Of a DNA stretch of 64,000 nt, positions 18,222 through 28,672 are shown in pieces. The stretch is taken from NCBI GenBank assembly GCA_963675595.2, contig CAXXLZ010000002.1, positions 2,464,001 to 2,528,000 on the forward strand. Direction: 5' to 3'. The DNA comes from Thermodesulfobacteriota bacterium. Its GTDB lineage: Bacteria; Desulfobacterota; Desulfarculia; JACQYL01. A model generated the notes under the pieces. It saw nothing but the letters and a program-made list of their open reading frames with translations. It did no database searches and had not been told where the DNA came from. Position 1 is the first letter of the stretch; the number at the start of each line of letters is the position of its first letter. The position numbers were made by a program, and so were the translations under genes.

Positions 18222-19223
18222 TCATTCTGAGCTTAGTGGGGGCAGCTTCCTTTTCCAAGGTGGCGGTTGAAGTAAAATACTACCGTTGTTCACAACAAAC
18301 CTTCTTTTTAATGCCGTGCTTACATTTCTAAGACTAACCAGCATATTTCTGTAGTTAAGGTGAGCCTCCCTGATGGACATAGGCGGCGCTTCACCATATC
18401 TATGCTTTATTGCCTTCTTATGGCAAGAAAATAGTCGAATAGTATCACCATCTATTGATTTTTCAGTTTCTTCATTTATCGTATTAGCCAGAGCAGCCAG
18501 ATCATGATGTCTCGGTATACTCAAGCCATACTGAGCAATTATAAGTTTTAAGGCTTGCTCCAAAGCAAAATGCATTTCCCAATAGGCAGTCGAGACACGC
18601 GACTCTTCGAGACTTGCAATATCCCTCACAGCCCTTGTAAGATTATCCAAAATGATGGAACGGGCTCTTCTCAATTCCGTTTGATTGAGATCAGCGGTCA
18701 ATAGATTAATATGGATCGTCCGGGTATCAGATGCTACATCAACCATATCCTCTCTTATAGCTACAAGCGCTTCCTTGTCTATTTTGGACAAATTTGGAGG
18801 ACTTTGAAACCAAGTCATAATATTCTGATCTTTTAGCCTATCGTTACTAAAGTGAAACCACCTTCTATTTGGACCATCCATTTCTCCCGCCAACATGAAA
18901 GGAACAATAAATTCAAAAGGAGTATTATAAATAAGAACTAAACCTCTACTGTCTTGCGATATTTTCGACTTCATTGCAGCGCCATATCGTTCAATATACC
19001 ACCTCTCGATTTTTTCAACGACTGCGCTAAACCAGGACATCTTTAGTATATCCTTCTTATCACAACCCTTAGTCTCTATAATGCAGAAATCCACGAAGAG
19101 TGCGACAGCCGCGTCAGGTCTGTCTTTTAAAGGAACGCTTTGATCGGCAAAAGTTTCGTCGAATATAGGCAATTGATATTCAAGAAACTCATAAATATCA
19201 GCAAATTCAGGATGGGTGGTCAT
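18222..19223 (-). CDS. Low-GC hypothetical protein with C-terminal HEPN-like motifs
   Basis: MHFALEQALKLII...IPRHHDLAAL...KHRY resembles the HEPN ExxLK/HxL/RY pattern; strongly AT-rich relative to the window. Confidence 0.65.
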   Translation of the reverse strand: MTTHPEFADIYEFLEYQLPIFDETFADQSVPLKDRPDAAVALFVDFCIIETKGCDKKDILKMSWFSAVVEKIERWYIERYGAAMKSKISQDSRGLVLIYNTPFEFIVPFMLAGEMDGPNRRWFHFSNDRLKDQNIMTWFQSPPNLSKIDKEALVAIREDMVDVASDTRTIHINLLTADLNQTELRRARSIILDNLTRAVRDIASLEESRVSTAYWEMHFALEQALKLIIAQYGLSIPRHHDLAALANTINEETEKSIDGDTIRLFSCHKKAIKHRYGEAPPMSIREAHLNYRNMLVSLRNVSTALKRRFVVNNGSILLQPPPWKRKLPPLSSE

Positions 19224-19530
19224 GCACGTCTCCGTCCATCTTGAAGGATACGGTAAACCCATGGAATGGGGCTCATCTGTCCTACGCGACGAGGTTCTGC
19301 CTCTATGGCCAATCGTATCTATCGGGGAAAATGGTCAAAAAGCGTCACGGGTTATTGCTTCGGGGATATGCGTTCACACACTTCTCTAATACATGGCAAC
19401 AACGGATACGGATACGGCCTTTCTGCAACGCCGTCCCCCGTTTGCCTACAGGGAGCCTCTTCCCTTCCGAACTTCACCCAGTCCGCACGCAGTGGCGCAT
19501 AGTGTCAAGCTCCCTTGGATCGCGGATGGC

Positions 19531-21432
19531 TCAAGGCTTTCCCTCCACCTCCCTCCCCTCCCCCACCTTTTCCAACTCCACGTTCAGGCGTTTGACCTCC
19601 GCGGCCGGAGTCCAGCGGGCTGCGAAGGTCAGGGCGGATTCAGAAGGAACGGTCGGGGAGGAGACCCAGATTTCCGGGGGATTTTTCAGTTCGCCGGCCC
19701 ACACGGTCTTGGGTTTGACCATGAGTCCGCACACCTTGCGGCCGGCCAGATCCGGATCGTCGTCCACGAACCCCAGGACCCGGTACCGGCTCATGTCGGG
19801 GTTGAACAGAATCTCCTCGCACAAGAAGCGTCCCGCCTTGCCGGCTCCGTAGATCAGCACGGCGCGTCGTCCCTTCACGTGGGGCCGGGGGGCCCTTTTC
19901 TGCACGAAGTCGTCCAATGCGCGGAAACTCACCCGCGCCACGCTGATGAACAGGAACAATAGCACCCCGAAAATCAGAAACGCGCTTCGGGAATGCCCCT
20001 GGCCGAACCGGGTGAACAGGGTGACCACGGCCAGGCTGAGCACGGTGGCCAGAAAAGACCCCAGGGCGATACTCGGTAATTCGGACAGACCCACCAACCG
20101 CCAGGTGCCCGTATACACCCCGGCCACTCGGAGAGCGATGAGGCTGCTCACCACCACCAGGGGCAGGGACCGCACCATGGCTTCCTGCATGGCCGGGTCC
20201 AGGCTCAGTTCGAAACGCAGCAAATAAGCGCTGTAGAAGCTGATGCTCACCACCACCGCGTCGAAGATCGCCTCCCCCAGTCTTTGCCTGGAATCCAGGT
20301 TGCCGGCGAACCGAAGCCAGAACGGCAGGTCGGTGCGTTCCGCCCTGGGGTCGGAAAATCGGCCCAGGTACGCCCCCACCAACGCCAGGAACAGGCAGAA
20401 TCCCCCGAACAGGGGAATGGATTGTTGCGGCACGGTCTGGATGAGGGAGGCCATGAGCCCGCCGAACAGGGAAATTCCATAGAGCAGCGCCAGGGTTCGC
20501 CTCGGTGAAAACCCCAAAGACATCAAGCGATGGGACGTGTGGTCCTTGCCTCCTTTGGTGACCACCTGAGCGCGCAGGGTGCGGGTGATCATCACGAAGA
20601 GGGTGTCGAAAATGGGCACGGCCATGGCCGCGATGGGAATCAGCAGAGTTTCGAAACCCAAGGGGGGGGCGGAGGACGTTTTGGACAGAAAATACCCGTT
20701 CATGGGACTGGGAATGGACACGGCCGCCAGGAAGAATCCCATGGTCAGGCTCCCCGAATCTCCCATGAAAATCCGGGCCGGAGGCTTGTTGTGCAGCCAG
20801 AACCCGAACACGGCCCCAAGGAACAACAGGATCAAAGGCAGGGCCGGCGTGGTCCAGCCCACGGCCCGCCAGGTCAGAAAAGCCAGTGCGGCTCCGGAAA
20901 GCAGGGCCACGCCCGACGCGAGGCCGTCCATGTTGTCCAACATGTTCATGGCGTTGGTGATGCCGGCGAACCAGAGGAAGGTGACCAGGAGATCGATGAT
21001 CTTGTAATCGGTCAGAGGCAACACGCCGCCGGTGTACATGAACAGGCTCGAGGCCCCCAGTTGCCAGATGAGCTTGTTGGAGGGCCTCATGGCGCGAAGG
21101 TCGTCCCACAGACCGCAAATGAACAACAGGCCCGTGCCCAGCACCGTGGCGGTGGACGGGGAGACTTGCGGCTCCAACGCCTGAAACAGAAAAAAATGCT
21201 CCCTCAAAGAGGGATATTCAACTAGCAGAAACAGGAAGGAAAAGACCAGGAAAGGCAGGCCGAAACCCACTCCCCCGTGCACCGCGGTGGGTTCCTTGTG
21301 CCATCGGTCCGGCCTGGGCTGAACCACCCATCCGTTGCGACGGCCGAGCTTGCGCATGCATCGCGTGCCCAGCCACGATACGGGAAGGATAAGCAACAGC
21401 AGGAGATTGAAAACCCAGGAAAATGGATGCAT
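19531..21432 (-). CDS. MraY/WecA-family polyprenyl-phosphate sugar-1-P transferase fused to CapD-like TM and Rossmann domain
   Basis: GLWDD, NAMNMLDNMDGL, FMGDSG and DHTSHRL motifs; C-terminal LIYGAGKAG...GFVDDD. Confidence 0.85.
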   Translation of the reverse strand: MHPFSWVFNLLLLLILPVSWLGTRCMRKLGRRNGWVVQPRPDRWHKEPTAVHGGVGFGLPFLVFSFLFLLVEYPSLREHFFLFQALEPQVSPSTATVLGTGLLFICGLWDDLRAMRPSNKLIWQLGASSLFMYTGGVLPLTDYKIIDLLVTFLWFAGITNAMNMLDNMDGLASGVALLSGAALAFLTWRAVGWTTPALPLILLFLGAVFGFWLHNKPPARIFMGDSGSLTMGFFLAAVSIPSPMNGYFLSKTSSAPPLGFETLLIPIAAMAVPIFDTLFVMITRTLRAQVVTKGGKDHTSHRLMSLGFSPRRTLALLYGISLFGGLMASLIQTVPQQSIPLFGGFCLFLALVGAYLGRFSDPRAERTDLPFWLRFAGNLDSRQRLGEAIFDAVVVSISFYSAYLLRFELSLDPAMQEAMVRSLPLVVVSSLIALRVAGVYTGTWRLVGLSELPSIALGSFLATVLSLAVVTLFTRFGQGHSRSAFLIFGVLLFLFISVARVSFRALDDFVQKRAPRPHVKGRRAVLIYGAGKAGRFLCEEILFNPDMSRYRVLGFVDDDPDLAGRKVCGLMVKPKTVWAGELKNPPEIWVSSPTVPSESALTFAARWTPAAEVKRLNVELEKVGEGREVEGKP

Positions 21433-21619
21433 GGAACGAAGCGCTCTGTCTCGGGCCGGTGAAGAACGCGGGCGGCACGCCCAGCAAATCGCCGTTCTTC
21501 GCCTGCCCGCGGCAAACGGGCGTTTTCAAAGGGGTGGCATGGGACCTCTTACCGAGGATGACCCGGGTCGGCCTCCTCGGTGCTTTCTCCAACTCTACGG
21601 GCGACGGTCATGGAAACTC

Positions 21620-21656
21620 GGTTACGACGCGTAAGCAAGCAACCCTCTCAAGAAGT
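21620..21656 (+). repeat. Intergenic repeat family B (partial)
   Basis: GGTTACGACGCGTAAGCAAGCAACCC; matches 21882 and 29628. Confidence 0.65.
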
Positions 21657-21881
21657 TGAGACCATTCACACGGCCGCCGGGGGAACGCCGGCACGGGGGG
21701 CACAGCGGAAGAGGTGGGCCTTCGGCCGTTTCTTGGGCAGGCACTATGGCCTGCCCCTACAATAGACGAGCCCCCCCGTGAATGATTACATCCGGTTTCC
21801 CCACCGATTTCCAACGCCCCACCATCTCCTGAATCGACAAGGGAACTCCCTGCTTCGGATTCGGAACGAGCCCTTGGCCCT

Positions 21882-21963
21882 GGTTGCGACGCGTAAGCGA
21901 GCAACCCGTTCAAAAAGCTCGGGAAAGGGTTCGGGAAAACCCATTTCAAAAGGATTCCCCGAA
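21882..21963 (+). repeat. Intergenic repeat family B
   Basis: GGTTGCGACGCGTAAGCGAGCAACCCGTTCAAAAAG...GGGAAAACCCATTTCAAAAGGATTCCCC. Confidence 0.7.
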
Positions 21964-21983
21964 GCTCCCGTGATTACATACCA

Positions 21984-23090
21984 TCATCCTCCGATTTTGG
22001 AGGGCCGGCAAGCATGAACTTGTCGGTAGACTTCCTCCACGCCCGAAACCATGTCTTGGATGCGGAAGGAGGTTTCGACCCGTTTCCTGCCGGCCGCGCC
22101 CATCCGGCAACGAAGGTCCTCGTTTTCCACCAGTTGGTTCAGGGCGTGGGCCATGGCCTCGGGATTCCGGGGCGGCACCACGAAACCCGTGACGCCGTGC
22201 TGCACGATCCAGGAGGTTCCGGTGCCGATCTCGGTGGTCACGCACGGAAGGCCGCTCGCCATGGCTTCCAGCAGCACCATGCCGAAGGCCTCGGCCCGGC
22301 TGTTGGACGGAAGCACAAAGACGTGCGCCCTGCGGTAATGCGCCGGCAGGCCCGCGTCGGACACTTCTCCAAGGAACTCCACGCGATGTCCCAGGCCCAG
22401 GGCGGCGCCTTCCGACTCCCATTGAGCACGCATGGGACCGTCTCCCAGGATACGCAGGCGAGCATGCGGCACTTGAACCACGGCCTTGAGCAGAGTCCCC
22501 ACGTCCTTGTAGTAACGGTGTTTTCCCGTGAACAGAATGGTCGGATACGGGTCCTTTTCGTCGGGCCCGGGAGCAAACCGCTCCGGGTCGATGCCATAGG
22601 GAACCAAGCGGCATTTGGCGCGATGAGGAGAAAGCCAAGGCGATCCGTCCCGGTACGCTGGAGAGGCCGCGATGATGCGATGAGCGCTGCGAAGGACCCT
22701 GCGATAGATGGGAGAATAGAGTGCCAAGAGCCGCTTCTGGCGCACCACGTCCGCATGGTGCGAGATGACGGTCGCTCCCCTTCCCCATTGCCGATGAGCC
22801 CACTCTCCCAAGGGAAAGGGCGAATGGATGTGGGTCACGTCCGGCCTTTCCCTGCACAAACGAAAAACGAAATCCAGGCTCAGGGGCATGGACGCAACGG
22901 TACACAAACGCCCGGCCCGCACCACCCGCACGCCTTGTTCCATGCGCACCGACGGCCTCATACCCGGAGCGCACACCAGCACGGAGACGTGATGTCCGTT
23001 TCGTACCTGGGCCTCGGCCAGGGTCTTCACCAGGTTTTCGATGCCGCCCACAACCGGAGCGTAGTCCTTGTACAGATGAAGAATCCGCAT
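21984..23090 (-). CDS. Glycosyltransferase family 4
   Basis: MRILHLYKDYAPVVGGIE start; EAFGMVLLEAMASG motif. Confidence 0.92.
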   Translation of the reverse strand: MRILHLYKDYAPVVGGIENLVKTLAEAQVRNGHHVSVLVCAPGMRPSVRMEQGVRVVRAGRLCTVASMPLSLDFVFRLCRERPDVTHIHSPFPLGEWAHRQWGRGATVISHHADVVRQKRLLALYSPIYRRVLRSAHRIIAASPAYRDGSPWLSPHRAKCRLVPYGIDPERFAPGPDEKDPYPTILFTGKHRYYKDVGTLLKAVVQVPHARLRILGDGPMRAQWESEGAALGLGHRVEFLGEVSDAGLPAHYRRAHVFVLPSNSRAEAFGMVLLEAMASGLPCVTTEIGTGTSWIVQHGVTGFVVPPRNPEAMAHALNQLVENEDLRCRMGAAGRKRVETSFRIQDMVSGVEEVYRQVHACRPSKIGG

Positions 23091-23120
23091 GACACCCCGT
23101 TCGGCCCGAAACCCCATCCG

Positions 23121-24233
23121 TCAGCTCAAGCCCACCGTACGACGATAGATGTCGAGGGTCATGGCCGCGGTGCGGGCCCACGTGAACCAGGCCGCGCGTT
23201 CCAGCCCCCGTTCTCTCATGCGGCGCAGCCGGTCGGGATTTTGAAGCAGCGCGGTCACCGTGTCCGCGATGCAGGCGGGACTTTCGGTTTCCAGGTACAC
23301 CGCGGCGTCTCCCCCCACTTCCGGGAGGCTGGACCGCTTGGAACAAACCACGGGAACGCCGGCGGCCATGGCTTCCAGCACCGGAAGCCCGAATCCCTCG
23401 TACAGGGAGGGGAAGACGAAAAGCTCGGCCCCCGCATACAACAGCGGAAGCTCGTGGTCCTCCACCGGCCCCAGGCAGTGAATCGGTCCCTGGTTGCGGT
23501 GGTTGCTCCCTCGGGGCGGCGGGCCGCCGCCCAATACCAGGGGAAGGCCGTGCCGTTGAAACGCATCGGGCGCCCAGGCGCCGATGACCTTATCACGGTT
23601 CTTGTTGGGCCGGTCGGACCCGAAGTACAGACAGTACCTGGAGGGGAGTTTCCGCTGTTCCTTCCATCGGGCGACCTCGTCGGGGTCCCTTGGATGAAAA
23701 CGCGCATCCACGCCCAGAGGCACGATCTTGAGCTTCCGCCCGCTGCCGAAACGGTCCCTGATGTCTCGTGCCGTGCACCGGGAATCCACAATCACGGTGG
23801 AGGCGGCGAGCAAGGAGGCCAACACCGCGAACCGATAAAACAGCCTGGACTTGGCCGTGCTCCGCTCGGGCAGAATCATGGGGATGAGGTCGTGCACGGT
23901 GACCACGGTTCGGGCTCCCGAGATATACGGCATCACGCAATAAGGGCTGTGGTACACGTGAATCCCCGCGCGTTTGAGAATGAGCGGGGAAATCCACTGC
24001 TGGGAAAGGAAAAGAGGCTCGACGGAAACGTCGAGCCATTGAAGACGCGGGTGCTTGATGAGGGAAAGCCCGAACACGTCGAGCTTCCAGGGATTCCGGA
24101 ACGCGAAGAGAAATTCCCTCTCATCCAGTTGATCGAGCATTTCGCGCAGCAGATTGGCGGTATAGCGCCCAATACCGGTAAAACCCATATTGGCGGTTCG
24201 GGCGTCGAGGCAGTAGTGAATATTGGAACTCAT
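23121..24233 (-). CDS. Glycosyltransferase family 4 (MtfB-like)
   Basis: TGIGRY, TVHDLIP and PSLYEGFGLPVLEAMA motifs. Confidence 0.92.
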   Translation of the reverse strand: MSSNIHYCLDARTANMGFTGIGRYTANLLREMLDQLDEREFLFAFRNPWKLDVFGLSLIKHPRLQWLDVSVEPLFLSQQWISPLILKRAGIHVYHSPYCVMPYISGARTVVTVHDLIPMILPERSTAKSRLFYRFAVLASLLAASTVIVDSRCTARDIRDRFGSGRKLKIVPLGVDARFHPRDPDEVARWKEQRKLPSRYCLYFGSDRPNKNRDKVIGAWAPDAFQRHGLPLVLGGGPPPRGSNHRNQGPIHCLGPVEDHELPLLYAGAELFVFPSLYEGFGLPVLEAMAAGVPVVCSKRSSLPEVGGDAAVYLETESPACIADTVTALLQNPDRLRRMRERGLERAAWFTWARTAAMTLDIYRRTVGLS

Positions 24234-24601
24234 ATTTCGGCCGAGTGGGAGGTTTTGCCTGCATAAGCGGATGTGCATGACAAGGCTCCTCGTCCTTTTG
24301 TCCAATCCGGCCTGACAAGTCAAGCACGGAAACGGCCGAGGAAAATGCGTTTGAAAGTGTCGTATTCGGTGGGACTCGTCGTATGTTCGGCTGACATCAA
24401 GATACGGAACATCCGGAAACCACGGACAGGATGATATTTCTATACAAAGCGCCCCCTGAATTCTATAATGATTCCAAGGTGGAAGGCCCCGTGAATCCCC
24501 GAGCGGTAATCTCCTCGAATTCGCCCGCCGCAGTGGACTTTTTTCAGCCCGCCTCCGACGGAACAAGCTATTCGCCCTATGCCTGAAAGGAACATTCGAT
24601 T

Positions 24602-24997
24602 TTGGCCGGGATTCTTGTCATAGACGACGACATTCAGATCAGGAACATGCTCAAAGCCATCCTGGAACGTGAAGGGCACCGGGTGGAGTTGGCTTACGAA
24701 GGCGAGGAGGGCCTGCGCAAATGCCGTGAATCGAGACCCGACCTGGTCATCACCGATCTGATCATGCCCGGCAAAGAGGGCATCGAAACCATCAAAGAGA
24801 TGAAGCGAGGATTCCCCGGCATTCTGATCATCGCCATGTCCGGCGGGGGGCGCAACCGACCCGAGGTCTATCTGGACCTTGCCGGCGCCATTGGAGCGGT
24901 CCGCACCTTTGCCAAGCCCATCCGAAAAGACGAACTGCTGGCCGTGGTTCGTGAAGTCCTGGACCTACGGACGGATGCTACGGTCCAAACCATCTAA
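24602..24997 (+). CDS. Single-domain response regulator receiver
   Basis: ILVIDDD, TDLIMP (phospho-Asp), AMSGG and KP motifs. Confidence 0.92.
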   Translation: MAGILVIDDDIQIRNMLKAILEREGHRVELAYEGEEGLRKCRESRPDLVITDLIMPGKEGIETIKEMKRGFPGILIIAMSGGGRNRPEVYLDLAGAIGAVRTFAKPIRKDELLAVVREVLDLRTDATVQTI

Positions 24998-25008
24998 TAA
25001 GCATTTAC

Positions 25009-25090
25009 GGTGGAGGACTTTCGGGAAAGCCCTCTCTCGTACCCCATCCCAAAGCACGTTGGACTGGCCTCACCGCCTTCAGCGGAGAGG
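25009..25090 (+). repeat. REP family A (GGAGGACTTT variant)
   Basis: GGAGGACTTTCGGGAAAGCCCTC...CCCAAAGCACGTTGGACTGGCCTCACCGCCTTCAGCGGAGAGG. Confidence 0.75.
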
Positions 25091-25150
25091 CTGAGGAAGC
25101 AGCATGTACCGTACAACGCATTAAACTGCTTACAGTTTTTAGGAGAGAGC

Positions 25151-25186
25151 CCGAGGGAACCCTTTTTTCAAAAAGGGTTCCCTCGG
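25151..25186. repeat. Perfect 16-bp palindromic hairpin (family-B-like)
   Basis: CCGAGGGAACCCTTTT-TTCA-AAAAGGGTTCCCTCGG. Confidence 0.75.
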
Positions 25187-25382
25187 ATACCCCTTGTGAA
25201 TGCTCACTTGGAAAGCTTTTCCGGAATAGCCTGTGAACGCGTACAACGCGCGACTCTTACCGCCGGCGGCGGAAGACCGCCTCACTATTAGGCCGGTTCG
25301 GCGCGGCCCCCATTTCGCTTGTCCTTCTTTCCTCCCCTGTGCTAAATTCCGGCGGTTACTAATGCACACAGAGAGGATTCCC

Positions 25383-25667
25383 ATGAAGATTTCCCCGGAA
25401 GAAGTCCGACACGTCGCCGACTTGGCCCGCCTGGATTTGAACGAAGAACTGGTAGAACTGTTCACCACGCAGCTCAATTCTCTGCTGGGATATATGGAAA
25501 AGCTCAACGAGCTGGATACCACCGGCGTCGAGCCCACCAGCCACGTGGTGGATATGAAGAATGCGTTTCGCGAGGACGTGGTCACCGAATCCCTGCCTTT
25601 GGACAAAGCGCTGGCCAATGCTCCCCAAGAGGATCGAGGCTGTTTCGTGGTTCCTCGCGTCATCTGA
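25383..25667 (+). CDS. gatC: Asp/Glu-tRNA amidotransferase subunit C
   Basis: EEVRHVADLARL, LNELDTTGVEP and FVVPRVI motifs. Confidence 0.95.
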   Translation: MKISPEEVRHVADLARLDLNEELVELFTTQLNSLLGYMEKLNELDTTGVEPTSHVVDMKNAFREDVVTESLPLDKALANAPQEDRGCFVVPRVI

Positions 25668-25793
25668 CCCGGACTTCGACACCCGCCGGAAGGCGCCTTT
25701 GGTGCTTTCTGCGGCGACGACTCCTCAAATCCATACGATCCGGCCGAAGGATGAGACTTTCCCGTCCGGCCGCAACCCTATAAGGCGAATCCC

Positions 25794-27251
25794 ATGCAGC
25801 CCTATGAATTAACACTCACCGAGCTCCATGAGCTGTTCAAAAAGCGTGAACTCTCTTCCGTGGAGGCCACCCGAAGCGTGCTGGACCGCATCGCGTCCCT
25901 GAATCCGCAGCTCAACTCCTACATCAGCGTGACTTCGGACATGGCCCTCAAGTCGGCTCAAGAAGCCGACGAGGTCATGAAACGTGGCAACTTCGACCCG
26001 CTTTGCGGTATTCCCGTGGCCGTCAAGGACGTCATCTGCATCGAAGGCATCGAGTGCACCTGCGGATCCAAGATTCTGCACAACTACGTCCCTCCTTACG
26101 ACGCCACGGTCATTTCCAGACTGAAGGACCGACATGCGGTGTTCGTGGGAAAGACGAACATGGACGAATTCGCCATGGGGTCTTCCACGGAGAATTCGGC
26201 GAGCGGCCCGGCCCGCAACCCCTGGAATACGGAATGCGTCACCGGAGGCTCCAGCGGCGGTTCGGCCGCGGCCCTGGCTTCGGACCAGTGCATGGGCGCC
26301 CTGGGTACGGACACGGGCGGTTCCATCCGACAGCCGGCCTGCTTCTGCGGCATCGCGGGCCTCAAGCCCACGTACGGTCGCGTATCGAGGTACGGCATGG
26401 TGGCTTTCGCGTGCTCCCTCGAGCAGATCGGTCCCATGGCCAAACGCGTGGAAGACCTTGCCCTGCTCATGAACGGCATCGCGGGCTACGATTCCATGGA
26501 CTCCACCTCGGTGAACATGCCGGTTCCCGATTACACTTTGGACCTCAAAAAGGACCTCAAAGGACTCAAGGCCGGCATTCCCAAGGAATTTTTCACCGAA
26601 GGCACGGACCCGGAGGTGGACGCGGCCGTGAAACAGGCCATCAAAACCATCGAGTCCATGGGGGTGGAACTCCAAGAAGTGTCCCTCTCGTACAACGACT
26701 ATGCCATCACGGCGTACTACATCATCGCTCCGGCGGAAGCGAGTTCCAACCTGGCTCGATTCGACGGCGTGAAATACGGCTACCGGGCCGAAGGCGCTCA
26801 AGACCTTCGCGAGATGTACCGCGTCACGCGCACCCAAGGGTTCGGACGCGAAGTGATTCGCAGGATCATGCTGGGCACCTACGTTTTGAGCGCGGGTTAC
26901 TACGACGCTTTCTACCGTAAAGCATGCCAGGTCAGAACCTTGATCGTGAAGCAGTTCAAGAGCGTGTTCGAGGACGTGGACTTCCTCATCACGCCCGTGT
27001 CTCCCATGCCGGCGTTCAAGATCGGGGAGAAACTGGAAGACCCCCTCACCATGTACCTGGTGGACGTGTTCACCCTGTCCACCAACTTGGCGGGCATTCC
27101 CGGCATCAGCGTGCCCTGCGGCCTGACCCAATCCGGACTTCCCATCGGAGTCCAATTCCTGGGCCGGCATTATGGAGAAGACACGCTCCTTCGAGTGGCG
27201 CATCAGTTCGAACAGGCCACCGAACACCACAAAGCGAAACTCACTCTTTGA
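25794..27251 (+). CDS. gatA: Asp/Glu-tRNA amidotransferase subunit A
   Basis: GKTNMDEFAMGSSTE, GGSSGGSAAA, DTGGSIRQPA and RRIMLGTYVLS motifs. Confidence 0.97.
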   Translation: MQPYELTLTELHELFKKRELSSVEATRSVLDRIASLNPQLNSYISVTSDMALKSAQEADEVMKRGNFDPLCGIPVAVKDVICIEGIECTCGSKILHNYVPPYDATVISRLKDRHAVFVGKTNMDEFAMGSSTENSASGPARNPWNTECVTGGSSGGSAAALASDQCMGALGTDTGGSIRQPACFCGIAGLKPTYGRVSRYGMVAFACSLEQIGPMAKRVEDLALLMNGIAGYDSMDSTSVNMPVPDYTLDLKKDLKGLKAGIPKEFFTEGTDPEVDAAVKQAIKTIESMGVELQEVSLSYNDYAITAYYIIAPAEASSNLARFDGVKYGYRAEGAQDLREMYRVTRTQGFGREVIRRIMLGTYVLSAGYYDAFYRKACQVRTLIVKQFKSVFEDVDFLITPVSPMPAFKIGEKLEDPLTMYLVDVFTLSTNLAGIPGISVPCGLTQSGLPIGVQFLGRHYGEDTLLRVAHQFEQATEHHKAKLTL

Positions 27252-27253
27252 AT

Positions 27254-27283
27254 CGTCGCCGCCCTCGGGGCGGCGATGTTCTT
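27254..27283 (+). terminator. Probable terminator hairpin after gatA
   Basis: CGTCGCCGCCC-TCG-GGGCGGCGATG followed by TTCTT. Confidence 0.5.
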
Positions 27284-27289
27284 CCACGC

Positions 27290-28672
27290 ATGCGGTCCAA
27301 GAATTCCGATCCGCCTGAATCTCCGGAAACGTCCGAAACCTCTCCGCCCCTGGAACGTGTGGAAATCACCGGCTTGGCCCACGGCGGCTCGGGATTGGGA
27401 CGGATTCAGGGAAAGGTGATTTTCGTTCCCTTGTCGGTCCCCGGCGACGTGGTGCTGGTGGAACGCGTCCCAGGCAAGAAAGCCTACGACTGGGGACGGC
27501 TTCATCGGATTCTCGAGGACTCCCCGGATCGCCGCTCAACGCCTCCCTGCCCTTTGTTCGGGGACTGCGGAGGCTGCTCCTCTCAGCACATTCGCGACGA
27601 AGCCCAGCCCCGTCTCAAGGAAGCCCTGTTTCGAAACATGCTCGAACATCGCTGCGGCACGGACCCCGCACGGGTCCGGCCCGTGGTTCCGTCCCCGCTT
27701 CCCTTTGAGTACCGCACGAACCTCACCCTGAAGGTAAAAGGCGGACGCGCGGGCTTTTTCGCTCTTCGAAGCCATCACCTGGTTCCGGTAAACCGCTGCA
27801 TGCTCGCCCTGCCGCCCATCAATTGGGTCCTGGAACACCTGGACGGCGAGGTCGCGACCCTCAAGGCCGCGCGAGTCTCCGAAATGCGCCTGGCCACGAG
27901 TCCTTCGGACCCGCGCGTGCAGGTAAGCGTCAAAACGGAGGGAACCGTTGAAAAGGGCGCACTGCGGCGATTGACTTCCTGTTTCCAATCCGTGCCCGAA
28001 GTAATTTCCCTCACGGTGGAAGGAACCCGCCGCCGGCTCGTGTTTCCCGAAGACCCCTCACAAGCGCTTTTGTCTTTTCCCCTGCCCTCTTCCGGCATCC
28101 CTCGGCGGGAAAACCACACGACCGCTCTCGGTCCGGACGTATTCCTCCAAGCCAACCACCAGGTGAACCTCCTGATGATCCAGGAATTGCTCGCCTTTCT
28201 CGCCGGTCTGGGAAGCGGTTTGGACATTCTGGAGCTCTACGCCGGAGCGGGAAACTTCACCATCCCCATGGGCTTGGCGGGGCATAGGGTGACCGCCTGC
28301 GAGCTCCACCGACTTGCGGTGGAGAACGCGGCTCGGAACCTCGCGGAATTCGGTTTGGATTCGTGCTCCGTCCATCCCGTGGGAGCCGCACGGTTTCTAG
28401 AACGTGAACTCGCGGAGAGCAAGGTGCGGGACGTGCTGCTCGCGGACCCTCCCCGGTCGGGAATGAAAAAAGAGGCGGCACTCATTGCCGCCTTGCGCAC
28501 GCCTTATGTGCTGCTGGTCTCCTGCGAACCCGCCATGCTCTGCCGGGATCTGGGCGTGTTGTTCGAGGCGGGATACGTACTGGAATGGTCCCTTCCCCTG
28601 GACCAGTTTCCACAGACCTATCATCTGGAATCATTGAACGTGCTGCGGTTGTCGAAAACTCATGGAAGGTGA
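27290..28672 (+). CDS. rlmD: TRAM-domain 23S rRNA m5U methyltransferase (RlmD/RumA family)
   Basis: TRAM domain; CPLFGDCGGC Fe-S motif; FLQAN, LELYAGAG, DPPRSG, VSCEP and DQFPQTYHLE. Confidence 0.88.
   Translation: MRSKNSDPPESPETSETSPPLERVEITGLAHGGSGLGRIQGKVIFVPLSVPGDVVLVERVPGKKAYDWGRLHRILEDSPDRRSTPPCPLFGDCGGCSSQHIRDEAQPRLKEALFRNMLEHRCGTDPARVRPVVPSPLPFEYRTNLTLKVKGGRAGFFALRSHHLVPVNRCMLALPPINWVLEHLDGEVATLKAARVSEMRLATSPSDPRVQVSVKTEGTVEKGALRRLTSCFQSVPEVISLTVEGTRRRLVFPEDPSQALLSFPLPSSGIPRRENHTTALGPDVFLQANHQVNLLMIQELLAFLAGLGSGLDILELYAGAGNFTIPMGLAGHRVTACELHRLAVENAARNLAEFGLDSCSVHPVGAARFLERELAESKVRDVLLADPPRSGMKKEAALIAALRTPYVLLVSCEPAMLCRDLGVLFEAGYVLEWSLPLDQFPQTYHLESLNVLRLSKTHGR

Noticed and set aside
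18125-18222. attC-like site after hicA (CCATAAC...)
   Set aside because: No convincing complementary R'/L boxes and no integron integrase in the window
22014-24266. 750-aa plus-strand ORF
   Set aside because: Antisense shadow of two clear GT4 genes in GC-rich DNA; no recognisable motifs
6612-25090. Repeated palindromes as a CRISPR array
   Set aside because: Copies are dispersed kilobases apart in both orientations, with no regular spacers and no cas genes
25383-27251. gatC-gatA without gatB as an anomaly
   Set aside because: Split gatCA/gatB arrangements are common, so this is not informative
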